From an uncultured Nitrososphaeraceae archaeon (GTDB lineage Archaea; Thermoproteota; Nitrososphaeria; Nitrososphaerales; Nitrososphaeraceae), in contig CAVSMN010000018.1 of the NCBI GenBank assembly GCA_963729045.1, positions 78,964 to 142,963 on the forward strand: 64,000 bases of DNA, in the 5' to 3' direction. This document shows positions 43,891 to 56,007 of the stretch, piece by piece; position 1 is the stretch's first letter, and each line of letters begins with the position of its first letter. Below the pieces are notes generated by a model. The model searched no databases. It saw only the letters and a program-made list of their open reading frames with translations, and was not told the origin of the DNA. A program made the translations under genes and the position numbers.

Positions 43891-45789
43891 CTATTTTTCC
43901 ATCTCTGAAATTTTATTCATAAGCAAATTATAATGAAGTTCGGTTAATTTGCCTTTTGAAAAAGCATCCTTAATCTCTCTTACAAGCTTTAACTTTAATG
44001 AAAGATCTATTTCTTTATTATCGTCCATAGAATCGATTTTTTTCATAAATATCTCCTGATATAGTATGGATATTTCGTCTTTCAAATTCGAATAGTGAAA
44101 TTGGCTTATCTTACCTTTTGAAAATGAATCAGAGATTTCATCTTTCAGTTTATTCAGTGATTCAAAATCATGGTCATCTCGACTACCCTCTTCATATAGT
44201 GACTTTATTTTCTCATGGTGAAGATTTAATTTTTTTATGTCTCCTCTTGTTTTAGTCCATCCTATAATACTTGGAATAGAAGCGCCAATGATCGTCGAAA
44301 CAATTAAGCCATACAGAGGAATCCAGTATTCAGTAGGTAGGGGAGCAGGCAATTCCTTAAAACTCGCAGTAAAGGTACCATATTGGGTTAGGCAAAAGGA
44401 CGTATCCGCAGTGTCGTTGTAAATATTCAAAGTTTTTTGTATTGGTTCTATGACTGGATCATAAAAATTGTAAGATTCTTCTATACATTGTTTCAGCGGT
44501 CTAGTAGTATTTGAATCAATATTCTCATTCCAGCCTACAAACTCATAGCCACTATTTGCCTTCGCTATACAGGTTATACCCGGTACTTCATACAAGTATT
44601 GATTTATTGGATATTCAGTTTTATCATCACCACATAAAATCCTTCCAGAGTTTAAGGGAAATGTATTAAATGTAATTCCCACAGCAACTTTGTTTTTAGG
44701 ACCATGGATTGCGAACAAGCTATCAGAATCCTCAGATGTCAAATAAATAATGTTACTGTTCTCATCTACTTCAATATTCGAAAGTGGTTCAGACATGTTG
44801 ATATTAGAAAATCTTTTTGTTTTTTCGTTCAGAGAGTACAGGCCGTGTTCTGCTAGTACATATACTGTATTGGTATTCTCATTGACTTCTAATTCTAAGA
44901 GCGGCCCTAACAAAGGAATTATCTTATCAATTTTAGTATTCGTAGTTCCATTTATAATTGAAACATCGTTATCAGAAATTACATATATCATGTTATCGTT
45001 CTCATTAACCTCTAAAGTACGAGGTTTGTTTTTTAACTCAAGACCCGTCATTTGAGTATCATTATACTGTTTGTAAAAATTCTTCTCAGTAATTATATAT
45101 ACAGAATGGTCATTTTCATTGATTTCAATATCGGTCGGCTCTTTTTTATCTGGAATGGATAATTTTTCCAAAAACTTCAAATCATCATCAAAAATGAATA
45201 GTTCTGGTGGATCTTCATTAAGTACGTAAACTTTTTCTGCGTCTTCATCTACCGCTATTTTGGAAAAGTTTGCCTCTATATCATATTTATTAACTGAGTT
45301 GATATTAAGTGGATTGGAACCGTTATCATCAATCAACCTTATACCATCTTTTCCTGCAATATACAACTTACTTTCTTTTTCATTGACTTCAATATCGGTC
45401 GGCTCTTGATTCAAAGGTATATTTTGTAGTAACTCATCGGTTCTTCCGTCAATTATAGAGATAGTTTCTGAAGGGGATTTACCTGAAATATATACATGAT
45501 GTATTTTGTCATTTACTTCCTCATCGTGAGGTATTGTATTAATAAAAATTTCTTTTAGGGTTCCCAAATTGTTGTCTAAAATTGATATAGAATTAGAACG
45601 TTCGTTAGCCACATATACTTTGTTTAAAAATTTATCGACTTTTACCTCATTTGGCTCTATTCCTACTTCTAGCCGGGGATTGGTCATATGATATTTTTCA
45701 TTAATACTCTCCAGAGTCTGCCCAATTGCATTATTATTAAAAAACAGATTAGACAAAATAATTATCAAAAACAGAAAGATAACAGACAA
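43891..45789 (-). CDS. YncE/YVTN beta-propeller membrane protein
   Basis: Repeated P..IEVNE..N.VYV blades, GYEF.GW domain, TM, helical cytoplasmic tail. Confidence 0.82.
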   Translation of the reverse strand: MSVIFLFLIIILSNLFFNNNAIGQTLESINEKYHMTNPRLEVGIEPNEVKVDKFLNKVYVANERSNSISILDNNLGTLKEIFINTIPHDEEVNDKIHHVYISGKSPSETISIIDGRTDELLQNIPLNQEPTDIEVNEKESKLYIAGKDGIRLIDDNGSNPLNINSVNKYDIEANFSKIAVDEDAEKVYVLNEDPPELFIFDDDLKFLEKLSIPDKKEPTDIEINENDHSVYIITEKNFYKQYNDTQMTGLELKNKPRTLEVNENDNMIYVISDNDVSIINGTTNTKIDKIIPLLGPLLELEVNENTNTVYVLAEHGLYSLNEKTKRFSNINMSEPLSNIEVDENSNIIYLTSEDSDSLFAIHGPKNKVAVGITFNTFPLNSGRILCGDDKTEYPINQYLYEVPGITCIAKANSGYEFVGWNENIDSNTTRPLKQCIEESYNFYDPVIEPIQKTLNIYNDTADTSFCLTQYGTFTASFKELPAPLPTEYWIPLYGLIVSTIIGASIPSIIGWTKTRGDIKKLNLHHEKIKSLYEEGSRDDHDFESLNKLKDEISDSFSKGKISQFHYSNLKDEISILYQEIFMKKIDSMDDNKEIDLSLKLKLVREIKDAFSKGKLTELHYNLLMNKISEMEK

Positions 45790-46482
45790 TAAAACGACAC
45801 CTACCCATCATATCCCTAATCAGATTACTACATGACAGAATATTTCATAAACCATTCAATTTCCATTCTAGTAAATAGAGTATTTATAAGTTTCGCTAAG
45901 ATCATTTAAAAGGCGTTTTCACCTACGATTAGAATAAATGATGAATCTAATGACCAAATAATTATTAATTTTGAGTAGGAAACACCAACAAACCTTATCG
46001 ATACAAAAGCGGATATAATATCGAAGTAACCCCATGAAGTCCTTGAAAGATTAGTAAAAGGTATCTAAAACAAAGGATCAATTGCATCAGATATTTATGG
46101 GTATTCTAACATAACTAGCGAATCTTGTAGAATATTTAGATATCTTAATGAGTAATTTTATTCAAATCAATTTTGTATAAAACACACCAAGTAACATAAT
46201 CCTCTGTTAGACCTTATATCGTTAGTTCTTTTACAAGTTAACCTGCCATATCTTTTATATTTAGATCAAAATCAATCTATTCAATGTCTTAAAAGATTTT
46301 TGTTTTACAAACCAGTAAAATTCTAACAATAATTGAGAGTTTTCTATCCTAAATAAATAACATATGATGACAGTCGTAAAAAATTTAGGAGTATCATGCC
46401 TAGTCGCCTCATCAAATGACAATTCTTTTTTCGTAGGCTATAATAATTGACCGTGTTCTCGGATTTGAGTGTATGTGGTTAA

Positions 46483-46533
46483 TCTCGGCCTTTGAGGATT
46501 AGTGCTGGTATCGGTGTTTTAAATTGGATTTCC
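46483..46533 (+). repeat. Dispersed repeat core with arm type B
   Basis: tctcggcctttgaggattagtgctggtatcggtgttttaaattggatttcc. Confidence 0.65.
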
Positions 46534-46592
46534 AAATCAATAGTAGAAAGATATACTTCAACTCTTTATAGATAAACCGGAATTATGATTGA

Positions 46593-46931
46593 CTAATTCC
46601 TTTTTGCAAAACTTGATGCATGACATCCCGGTAAATAATTTTGTACTGTAATATTAATGGTAATGTAATCATCAATGTGTCTATGATTTTCATAACCTTC
46701 GATAGTTATAACATCATTAGATGAAATACTTGATGTAGTTCCCCATAAACAAACATAATTCTTTGACGGATTTTCATTTAGAAATTTTTTGTATTCGGCA
46801 AATTCAACCAGAAGAAAAGTATCTCCGTTTAAAATCAAGGTACCTTCGTTATTTTCATAAAGTGAAAGTTTACCACCAAATTTCTTAATTCTTCCAGAAA
46901 AACACCAAACAGTAAACTTATGGCAATCCAA
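46593..46931 (-). CDS. Hypothetical protein (possibly a fragment)
   Basis: 112-aa ORF with no recognised motif. Confidence 0.35.
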   Translation of the reverse strand: MDCHKFTVWCFSGRIKKFGGKLSLYENNEGTLILNGDTFLLVEFAEYKKFLNENPSKNYVCLWGTTSSISSNDVITIEGYENHRHIDDYITINITVQNYLPGCHASSFAKRN

Positions 46932-47340
46932 TATATAATTACTCTATCGCTAGCATATTAATCGTATCACTAGGATTTGGAATTGTTTATTCCGTCCACT
47001 TGGTTACTCGTAAATTTTTAAAATTCCGGATAGTAACGTAGTAACAGATATCCTTAAACGGATTGAATAAAGTGAAAATAAATTCACAATAATATGACAT
47101 AAAGTTCTAATGTGTATCTTCTTTTCATCCATAATAATCATTAACTAATTGTAAATTTTTACCAGAATAAGTGTTTTGAACAATACAATATTTTGAAAAA
47201 CTTGATAATTTTCAAACAAATTAACTGTGTATGAAAAGGTAAATTGATTACAATCAAAGAATATTGATCGCATTCGAACATCAAATATCTTACTAAATAC
47301 TAAATACATATCTATTATCTATGATATTCAAAATAGAAAG

Positions 47341-49285
47341 ATGGTAGATTCCATTATCAGTAAGCAGAATAAACCTACCCAACAATTTCCATTTGAAAGA
47401 TTTGCATCAACTAATAGATACACTGATTTTGACTTCCTCAAAAAAGATAATGATTGGATAATGTATATTTCAGACATCAATGGACAGTTTAACTTATGGA
47501 GACATAACTCTAATTTGACTTCTGAGGTACAATGCTTTCCTTATCCATTAACTAATTTTATCGATCATTCAATAAGACATTTTTTTTCTTCTCCGGTAGA
47601 TAATAGTTTAATCTTTTTTGCAGATCATCAAGGGGATGAAAATTTCCAGATATATAGAATTGAAGATATTTTCAATTCCTGGCTTGAACCCATAACCTCT
47701 GATCCAACGATAAGACATGAATGGGGTTCGGAATGTTTCAGTCATGATGGAAAATACATTACTTATGGATCGAATCGAAAGAATCCTTCTGATATGCTTA
47801 TATATGTAAGGAACATGAGCAGTGAAAACAAAGATTTTTGTATTACAGATAGGGAAGGTTGGTATATTCCAGGCTACTGGTCTCCCAATAATAAAAAATT
47901 AAACTGTTCTCAATTAATAACTTTAACTGATTATGCCATATGGATTCTCGATGTAGAAAGTAGAAGTATGGAAAAAATTAATTTAGAGTATGAACAAAAA
48001 AGCAAATTCATTGTTGGACCCTGGTCTGTTAATCAAAACGGCTTTTACATTCTATCTGATTCAAAAAGAGAGTTCATGGGTCTTGCATTCTACAATATTG
48101 ATACTTCAAAACTGGAATGGATATTAACTTCTCCTCATGACATAGAATCAATTGATATTAGTTTAGATGGAAAACTGCTTTTGTGGACAGAAAATGTGGA
48201 TGGTTATAGTAAATTGTACAAGAAAGACATGGTGAATCAAGAAATTACGGAAATTACTCCAACCATTAAGAAAAATAATAAGATTGTTCCTTTGAACGGC
48301 GTTATTGAAGATCTCAAATTATCTTCAAATGGAAAAAGAATCGGCATCATGATGGATATGCCTACATCTCCAACCAATATTTATTTGATAGATCTCAATA
48401 AGAATGACGATAATAATAATTGTACGCGCGTTACTACATCCTTATATGGTAATTTATCTGATGATAAACTAGTCAAGCCACAATTAATAAAATACAAAAG
48501 TTTTGATGGATTAGAGATTTCTGCATTCATATATGTTCCTAATAACACTAATTTCAAAAAAATAAATGAAAAGGATAAGCTAAAATTTGGTGCTATCTTG
48601 TCAATTCATGGTGGTCCTACAGCTCAAGAAAGACCATACTATGATTATTCTGGGCTTTATCAATATCTTTCTTATAATGGATTGACAGTGATTGCACCCA
48701 ACTTTAGAGGAAGTACTGGGTATGGCAAAAGTTTTGAAAGAAAAATATATCATGACTGGGGTGGTAATGAACTAAAGGACCTAGAATATGCAATAAAATG
48801 GCTCATCTCTCAGGATTGGATTGATCCTAAAAGGATAGGGCTATTTGGTGCTAGTTTTGGGGGATTTGCAGCATTAAGTTGTATAACTCGCCTACCCCAG
48901 TATGGATTAAGAGCTGCAGTGGACATTGTTGGTCCAAGCAATCTTGTAACATTTATCAAAACAGTACCCTGAACATTGGAAAAGTCTCACTATTGAGCTA
49001 GTAGGGGATCCAGACAAAGAAGAAATTTTTCTTAAGGAGAGGTCTCCTATTACTTTTGTAGATGATACCAATCCATTGACTAGTTTGTTGGTGATACAAG
49101 GAGCAAATGATCCCCGAGTAGTTAAAAGCGAATCTGATCAGATAGTTGAAAGACTAAGAGAAAAGGGAATGGATATAGAATACATGATTTTTGAAGACGA
49201 AGGGCACGGCTTTACCAAATATAATAATCAAATAAAGGCATTAAAGAGATCTGCAGAATTTCTTTTAGAAAAAACATCATCGTAA
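47341..49285 (+). pseudogene. S9-family (acylaminoacyl/prolyl oligo) peptidase, +1 frameshift at 48967-48969
   Basis: IHGGP, PNFRGSTGYG, GASFGG, QGANDPRV, DEGHG; removing one C joins the ORFs. Confidence 0.88.
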
Positions 49286-49334
49286 ATATATTTCAAAATT
49301 TGTACCATTCTTTTTATAGCACCATTATTATATA

Positions 49335-49375
49335 GGACCAATGGGGATTAAGTTCCCTACAGTAGTAGGGTTATA
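49335..49375 (+). repeat. Dispersed repeat, arm type A
   Basis: ggaccaatggggattaagttccctacagtagtagggttata. Confidence 0.88.
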
Positions 49376-49466
49376 CCTTTGTTGAGAGAAGATCCTCTTA
49401 ATCAAAATATCAGTCCTTTATAGATTCTCTTGCATCCAGATTAGTCAAAGAATAATATACATTATT

Positions 49467-50849
49467 CTAAAACCTGTAAAAAATATAAAAAGCCAAAAAT
49501 AAATAATAAACAAAAACATTTAGTACCGTTATTAGTGACCCTATTTTGAAGAATTCTATAAAGGTGAACACCTTCAACCCTCTAGATTCAGCAGTTTGCA
49601 TTATGATGATGTTACTCGCAGCTCCAAATATAGTAAGATTGCCAGCAATGGTACTTGCTGAAGCTAACATTAGCCAAGCAGATACATCATCTTTATCAAA
49701 TCCATTCTCAATCATATAATGATTGTAGATGACGACGAACGGTACATTGCTTAGTATTTGACTCATAGTTATACTTATTACAGAAATAATTGCGTTATTA
49801 TGAAGCATGTTATCAGTCTCATAATAAGTATTATTCGGGTTAAGTGGAGGAAAATAATCCATCATTATGGGAATTAGTCCCGATGTCCATAATGCAGACG
49901 TGAAAATGAACATCGCAACAAAAAAGACTAAGACAGAATAATTTACATCTCTCAATATAGAAATTCTTTCTTTACACAATATGTATAATATAGCTGCACC
50001 GATAAGCGATATTATTCCGATATCCACATGAATCCCAAATAAAAGATGTGTTACCTCTGATAATATCATAGATCCGATAGTAGATAAGAAAACTAATACA
50101 GAAATTTTGGCAAACCTATTGGTAAATGAAAATTGGATTGGTTTTAACTTATTTGAAATTTCAACAGAGTTATATTGATGTTCATTATTGGCACCTTTAT
50201 CATCATTTTTTGTAGATTTCTCATCTAAAGGAGATCTTGTAACTAAAGATTTCTTATAATAAAGGTGCAAAACTAAACCACTTAAGAATAGATTTATGAT
50301 CGTAGGTGGCCCCAATATTGAAAGAAATGTTATAAAAGGTAAAGTCATACCGCTCTGACTAGCAATAAGTAGGTTTTGAGGACTTCCAATAGGTGTCATC
50401 GTACTCCCAATATTTATCCCAATAGCGATAGAAATCAATACTATTGATGGTTTAATTCGTAACTGGTTAGAAATTGATATAGCAAATGGAATTAGAAGAA
50501 TCGCTGCTGTATCGTTTACCACGAAAGCTGCTAAAAACCCTGACATGAATACAATTACTATAATAATATGATCCACCTTTTTGATTTTGAGTAAAACTGT
50601 TCCAACTACGTAATTAAGTACACCAGATCTTTCGAGAGCAGAAGTAATACTAAACATTCCAAAAAGAAACATTATGACTTGAAAATTAATTGATTCTAAA
50701 GCCGATTCTATAGGAATTATTCCAAATCCTAAAACAAGAATAGTTCCAATTGACATTATTATCCAGAATGGAAGATTATTTAGCCTTATCCTAGCAATCA
50801 TTAGGAAGTAAACCAACAAAAAAATGCCAAACGTAATGATTTCATTCAA
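49467..50849 (-). CDS. SLC13/ArsB/NhaD-family permease
   Basis: AFVVNDT, NIGSTMTPIGSPQNL, SNVP, AGNLTIFGAASN; many TM helices. Confidence 0.88.
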   Translation of the reverse strand: MNEIITFGIFLLVYFLMIARIRLNNLPFWIIMSIGTILVLGFGIIPIESALESINFQVIMFLFGMFSITSALERSGVLNYVVGTVLLKIKKVDHIIIVIVFMSGFLAAFVVNDTAAILLIPFAISISNQLRIKPSIVLISIAIGINIGSTMTPIGSPQNLLIASQSGMTLPFITFLSILGPPTIINLFLSGLVLHLYYKKSLVTRSPLDEKSTKNDDKGANNEHQYNSVEISNKLKPIQFSFTNRFAKISVLVFLSTIGSMILSEVTHLLFGIHVDIGIISLIGAAILYILCKERISILRDVNYSVLVFFVAMFIFTSALWTSGLIPIMMDYFPPLNPNNTYYETDNMLHNNAIISVISITMSQILSNVPFVVIYNHYMIENGFDKDDVSAWLMLASASTIAGNLTIFGAASNIIIMQTAESRGLKVFTFIEFFKIGSLITVLNVFVYYLFLAFYIFYRF

Positions 50850-51221
50850 ATCTGATGTACTTCCAAGATTATGTCTAATTAATGAGAAATTACTATTAAT
50901 TATTTATTCGATATTTCATTATTCTATCAATGCCTTATTATAGTAGAGTCAGTATTTTCTATTTCCTCTCTATACCCATCATTTTGGAAACGAAAAGAAT
51001 AAAATAATACTATGGTGAAACAAGGAGAAAGGACTATAAGAGTTTGACCATCATGAAAAAAAATACGAGGTCGTAAAATTTATTAACCGAAATTCGATTA
51101 TCTTCATTAGATATGGTTTGAATATTGTTTATGATTGGAGAAATTTTGACTGTATCCACATCACTCCTTGATGACGATATTCGTTAACGTTGATCTGGTA
51201 TAACGATCCTATTACTCAGCT

Positions 51222-51262
51222 GAGTCCATGGGGATTAAGTTCCCTGCGGTGGTGAGGTTTTA
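51222..51262 (+). repeat. Dispersed repeat, arm type A
   Basis: gagtccatggggattaagttccctgcggtggtgaggtttta. Confidence 0.88.
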
Positions 51263-51358
51263 ATACCAATAACAGTATAACTCTGGTGGCAGGATACTCA
51301 AACCATAAAGTTTATTTTTTTATACAGTCCGGCTGCTACTTAATATATGACAGCCTCA

Positions 51359-52015
51359 TCATGAGGAATACAATTTTTTGACCTCTGCGAACCGACGAGC
51401 CCAATCTGGTGGTACCTGATTATTTAGAATGGCTTCAAGCCGATCTAGGTACGCATGCCAACCAGGGGCTAAACTTAAAGCTGTTGATTTGGTGAGGCGG
51501 CTGTGAGTTAGTATAAGTAGTGTGTCCGTGTTTGAATCGCCATCCTGCTTGAGCTCCCACCGTATAACAGATTCAGGTTCTCCATTAGGGAACATTTGAT
51601 TAGGAGCGATATGCCACTCATACTCAAAAACATTGTGAAGATCCCAGATCAGAATATCTCCAGTTACGTGTGATCCTGATACGGTATTGACAAGATCAAT
51701 CGCACCACCATTGTACCCGTCGAAGGTTCCTCTATAATCGGGCAACCACCTGAATATCTCTTTTGGATCTGTAATTGCTTTCCAGACCGCCTCTTTTGGA
51801 TTAGAAAGTCGGCGTTCAAACTTTATTGCTCCATGCGTTTCTTCAATAGTTATGGTTCCTTTAGATTCAGTATTCAGTGTTTTATCGTTTCCCCTCATAT
51901 TTGAAGAAAAGCTTTGTTCAACATTTTCATTTGTTATTTCAAACTCTGTCATAAATACAATATACTTGTACAGATACTTATCTTTAGGGGAAGCAAAACT
52001 CCTAATATCGGACAA
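51359..52015 (-). CDS. SRPBCC/AHSA1-domain protein
   Basis: FERRL..P.E.VW.AITDP....W, L.LTH, GWH.YLD.L; start probably ATG near 51952. Confidence 0.85.
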   Translation of the reverse strand: MSDIRSFASPKDKYLYKYIVFMTEFEITNENVEQSFSSNMRGNDKTLNTESKGTITIEETHGAIKFERRLSNPKEAVWKAITDPKEIFRWLPDYRGTFDGYNGGAIDLVNTVSGSHVTGDILIWDLHNVFEYEWHIAPNQMFPNGEPESVIRWELKQDGDSNTDTLLILTHSRLTKSTALSLAPGWHAYLDRLEAILNNQVPPDWARRFAEVKKLYSS

Positions 52016-52046
52016 CTTAATTACTAGTTATTGCAACAATTAAATC

Positions 52047-53018
52047 ATGACTGAGGATGAAGGGATATTAGTCCTTGATAAAACTGATCTAACCATTCTT
52101 TCCACATTAGCTAGGAACTGCAGATCTTCTTATAGCAGCATAGGTTCAGAGGTTGACTTAACATCAAAGAGTGTAAAGGCACGAGTCAAGAAGATGGTAC
52201 ATCACGGGGTCATCGAAAAATTTGTAGTTAGAGTTAATCCTACAACTTTTGGATTCAAGGTAGCTATTGTACTTTTAAAAACTAGCAATGGAATAAATAA
52301 AGATGATGCCATTCGACAGGTAAAGCAACTTGGTGACCTTGCATATCATGTACATCATATGGGAAGAACATGTGTTGCAGCGCTAATCATCGAAAAGTCA
52401 TTAGATGATACAGCCATCCAATCATTGAATCATCTCTTAAAACCTGCAACCGTTGTGAGTATTAGCATTTTAGAACGACATGTTGAATCAATCGGTATAA
52501 GCGAAACAGATTTCAGAATAATAAAATGTTTACTGTTATTAGGGGCAAGGACAGAAATAGCAGATATTGCCAAGGAAGTTGGTATTTCTGAAAAAACCAC
52601 AACAAGACGTCTTATTAGGATGAAGGATGCAAGAATATTAGATTTCTCAATCCAGTGCAATCCATCTGTTATGGTAGGATATATTCAATTTGCCATTCCG
52701 ATTATCACTACAAAATTTCATCGTCGAAGTGTACTTGAACGCATGTACTCAGAATTTCAGGCAAATATTTTATACAGTCCTAGTGTGATTGATTCAGAGG
52801 ATAGACTGACTTTCGTACTCTTTAGTGAAAACATATTCACGGTGGATTCTGTTATAAATAAGGTAAGCTCCTTTGAAGGGGTTAAAAGTGCGGATGTATA
52901 CATACTTACAAAATGGCAATATCATGATGACTGGATAAGAAAAGAGATCAATAATAGAATACCCCGACGACAACCACTTTTGTATGGATCTATCAAAATT
53001 AATAATACCATTGATTAA
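52047..53018 (+). CDS. Lrp/AsnC-family regulator with two HTH domains
   Basis: LDKTDL.IL..L..N.R.SY and SETD.RII..L....R..I.DIA..VGIS..T..RRL. Confidence 0.85.
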   Translation: MTEDEGILVLDKTDLTILSTLARNCRSSYSSIGSEVDLTSKSVKARVKKMVHHGVIEKFVVRVNPTTFGFKVAIVLLKTSNGINKDDAIRQVKQLGDLAYHVHHMGRTCVAALIIEKSLDDTAIQSLNHLLKPATVVSISILERHVESIGISETDFRIIKCLLLLGARTEIADIAKEVGISEKTTTRRLIRMKDARILDFSIQCNPSVMVGYIQFAIPIITTKFHRRSVLERMYSEFQANILYSPSVIDSEDRLTFVLFSENIFTVDSVINKVSSFEGVKSADVYILTKWQYHDDWIRKEINNRIPRRQPLLYGSIKINNTID

Positions 53019-53039
53019 TAATACAATCGATTAAGAACA

Positions 53040-53102
53040 GTCCTCATCCATGGGGTATTAAGTTCCTCCACTGTGATAATGGTAACGGTAATGGGGTTCT
53101 AA
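53040..53102 (+). repeat. Dispersed repeat, arm type A with internal expansion
   Basis: gtcctcatccatggggtattaagttcct-ccactgtgataatggtaac-ggtaatggggttctaa. Confidence 0.82.
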
Positions 53103-53338
53103 CATATTTATGACTTAATTTACGGAGCTATAAATTGGACGGCTCAAATGTATTGCCTTCATTCATATATTAGAATAAATTATTTATTAAAATTGATTCT
53201 ATGATTCAGTTAACTCTGATTCAGTCAAAGTTAAATGATAATTAACAATTAAAAAATAGAACCCAATTTATCTGGAAAGAAATTGAATTCTTTGATATTA
53301 ACATAATCATAAATACTCTCATTACCATAAATTTAGAA

Positions 53339-53944
53339 ATGTATGATCAAATTCAATTCACAAACTTTTTTGGCACCTCTTTAACTCTTATTCTTATTAT
53401 TTTCTCTACAATCCCAATAACTTCTTACTCTTATGATGGATTCTCGGTCGCAAGAAATGATACATCTCATAATGTCTCCAACTCCTCCAAAGTTTTAGTC
53501 AATATAACTTTTGATTCCCTTTTTATCAACAATGATAAAAATCTATTCGGAAAAGGTTTATGGAATTTTTCAGTTGATATAAATGATAAACCCATAGAGT
53601 TACTTGTTAACGAAAAAGTAAATGAGGGACAAACAGTCAAGTTTAACGGAAAAAATATCTCATTAGTGATGCCTATATCAGATACTCTTTATTTGTTTTC
53701 TCAGCCTTATTATATTCAAAAAGCAGGAAAAATAGGTATTCTTGATTGGATATCTGAAAAGTATAATCAAACAAATAATTTTGGAAATGGAAGTCATATC
53801 GCAATTACGGATGATGGCAAAGAGGATACTGTTAATATTAATTTGGTGATTTACAAATACACTGCAATTATAAACAAGGACCCTGATTATGTTTTAAGAT
53901 ATCACATAGAAGCAACTCCTTTAAGCAACAATCTTGTAAACTAA
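53339..53944 (+). CDS. Secreted hypothetical protein
   Basis: N-terminal hydrophobic segment, many NxS/T sequons. Confidence 0.65.
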   Translation: MYDQIQFTNFFGTSLTLILIIFSTIPITSYSYDGFSVARNDTSHNVSNSSKVLVNITFDSLFINNDKNLFGKGLWNFSVDINDKPIELLVNEKVNEGQTVKFNGKNISLVMPISDTLYLFSQPYYIQKAGKIGILDWISEKYNQTNNFGNGSHIAITDDGKEDTVNINLVIYKYTAIINKDPDYVLRYHIEATPLSNNLVN

Positions 53945-54112
53945 TTTCTTCTTTTATAACGATTATCTAGAATAATTCATGATTTATGATTAACTTGTAC
54001 TATTGTTAATATGTTTACAATTACTGGTGGAAGTACCATCAGACTAACCTATTTTTTTCATCTTTAGCATGTTCACAATACAAGTTTAAAACTGCATCAT
54101 TAATTTACAAAA

Positions 54113-54164
54113 GTTTGCATCCGTCGAAATTAGTGTTGATATCGATATTTTAAAAGAGATTCTA
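54113..54164 (+). repeat. Dispersed repeat core with arm type B
   Basis: gtttgcatccgtcgaaattagtgttgatatcgatattttaaaagagattcta. Confidence 0.7.
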
Positions 54165-54365
54165 CTTATATACATTAATGGTAGAATTTAAAGATTATTG
54201 AAAATAATTATGCTTGATAAAATGTCTAACCATTAGTGATAATAATTGTTGAACAATAATTCTTGAATCGATTTCGACACATATGGAATTGTGGATATTT
54301 CATCATCCTCGTCTAAATCAATTGCTATAGATTATATTACATAATAGAGTTGATAGTGTATAAAA

Positions 54366-55541
54366 ATGGTAAACAAATCAGATGCGGGCAATAACAAATT
54401 TAGATCCTGGAGTGGCCCTAATTTATTAAATTATACACAAAATTACAAGAGACGTGTATTATTCTCAATTATTTCTGTATTTGTTTTATCTACAGTTTTC
54501 TTATTAATAAATGCGTATCCTACAGGTAATGCACATGCACAATTATATCCTTTTATCGCATCTACCCGCGGATCATTTGATACGACCAATGGGAATGAAA
54601 CTCAACAAGTAGAATTGCCTTCAGTTCTTTCAATTTTAAATATCAAAGATTGTCCAGGAGAACTAGCAATCTATGTTCACGGTATATGGGCCAGTGATTT
54701 GCAAGCAGAAGAGCAATCTGACAGAGTATCCCTATCATTACGAGATTCGGGTTATGATATTCCGCTGATAGGATTTAGTTGGGATTCAAATACTGCTTTC
54801 TCCCTTGATAACGCAACATTATCCTATCACGGATGGATGATAGCAAAAAAAATAGCTAATGAAAATGGTCCAATATTAGGAAAATTTATTTCTGATTATA
54901 AGACAGAGTGTCCTGAAGATAAGATAAGGATTATTGCGCATTCACTTGGTTCAAGAGTAACCTTATCGGCTCTGCAATGGATTCATGATAACATCAACGA
55001 ACAAAATGATAACAATACTTCGAAAGAAATAACATCAGTGCATCTGATGGGTGCTGCAGTTAACAATGACCAAATCTCAACAAACCCAAATGATTGTATT
55101 TCTTATATGCCTTATTTACCCTGTTCTGGAGATGCTATTCAATCCGAAGTAGGATATTTTTCTAATTTGTTTAATCCCGAAGATAACATGCTAGCAGGTG
55201 AAATAAATCCATTCTGTTGGATATGTGGTTTAGTAAAAAGCCCTTATGAATTAAGTGAAGGTCATAATGCCCTTGGAGCTTACGGGGCTGCATCTACTAT
55301 AGTTGTACCCTCTAATTTTGACGAAACGGATGTATCATCCCTAATCATTGTTGATACCGATTCAAATAAAGATGGCGAATGTGACATACGATATCCTGTT
55401 ACCCATATTTGTACAATTTCTAAAAACGGTGATAATCATATGGGGTACATGGGATATAGGGATAATATCTACAGACAGACTGTGCATGATAGTGGAGCAA
55501 TAAAACAAATAGTTGATGATTGGCAAAGTGAGAACAACTAA
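54366..55541 (+). CDS. Secreted alpha/beta hydrolase (DUF726/DUF900-like)
   Basis: IYVHG, FSWDS, AHSLG nucleophile, HLMGAA, DNHMGY. Confidence 0.82.
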   Translation: MVNKSDAGNNKFRSWSGPNLLNYTQNYKRRVLFSIISVFVLSTVFLLINAYPTGNAHAQLYPFIASTRGSFDTTNGNETQQVELPSVLSILNIKDCPGELAIYVHGIWASDLQAEEQSDRVSLSLRDSGYDIPLIGFSWDSNTAFSLDNATLSYHGWMIAKKIANENGPILGKFISDYKTECPEDKIRIIAHSLGSRVTLSALQWIHDNINEQNDNNTSKEITSVHLMGAAVNNDQISTNPNDCISYMPYLPCSGDAIQSEVGYFSNLFNPEDNMLAGEINPFCWICGLVKSPYELSEGHNALGAYGAASTIVVPSNFDETDVSSLIIVDTDSNKDGECDIRYPVTHICTISKNGDNHMGYMGYRDNIYRQTVHDSGAIKQIVDDWQSENN

Positions 55542-55594
55542 TCAGATATTATTGTGCAGTAGGAATGAATTTTAGAAATCAAGGTACAGCCCAA

Positions 55595-55637
55595 GTCCCT
55601 CCCCATGGGATTGAGTTCCGAGGGTAATAGAGTTTGA
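55595..55637 (+). repeat. Dispersed repeat, arm type A (diverged)
   Basis: gtccctccccatgggattgagttccgagggtaatagagtttga. Confidence 0.7.
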
Positions 55638-56007
55638 TAACATTAAATGATTTGAGTCTACGTATTAACCTTCATGAATGACGACATTAATTTATGTCAC
55701 ATCATTATTTGTGCTTCTAATCGGTCCTAACCCTTTGAATCGACCTTTACAATCCTCATTAGCGCATAATAGATTGGTGATTAAAATTATGATGTACATA
55801 TAAGCTGGAATTTCCAGGTCCCTATTAGAGATAAGTTTTGCATCCTTTAGGCTCATTTCAACTTTTGAGCCGACTTTTCAGATACTCTGTTGCAACACAT
55901 TACATACATTCATCATGTTCTTTTTAGTCGATATTATGACTTTGATAATATATGGTAATAAAACCCAATAATAAAAATCTTAAAAAGATGTACGTTATTG
56001 TAATATT

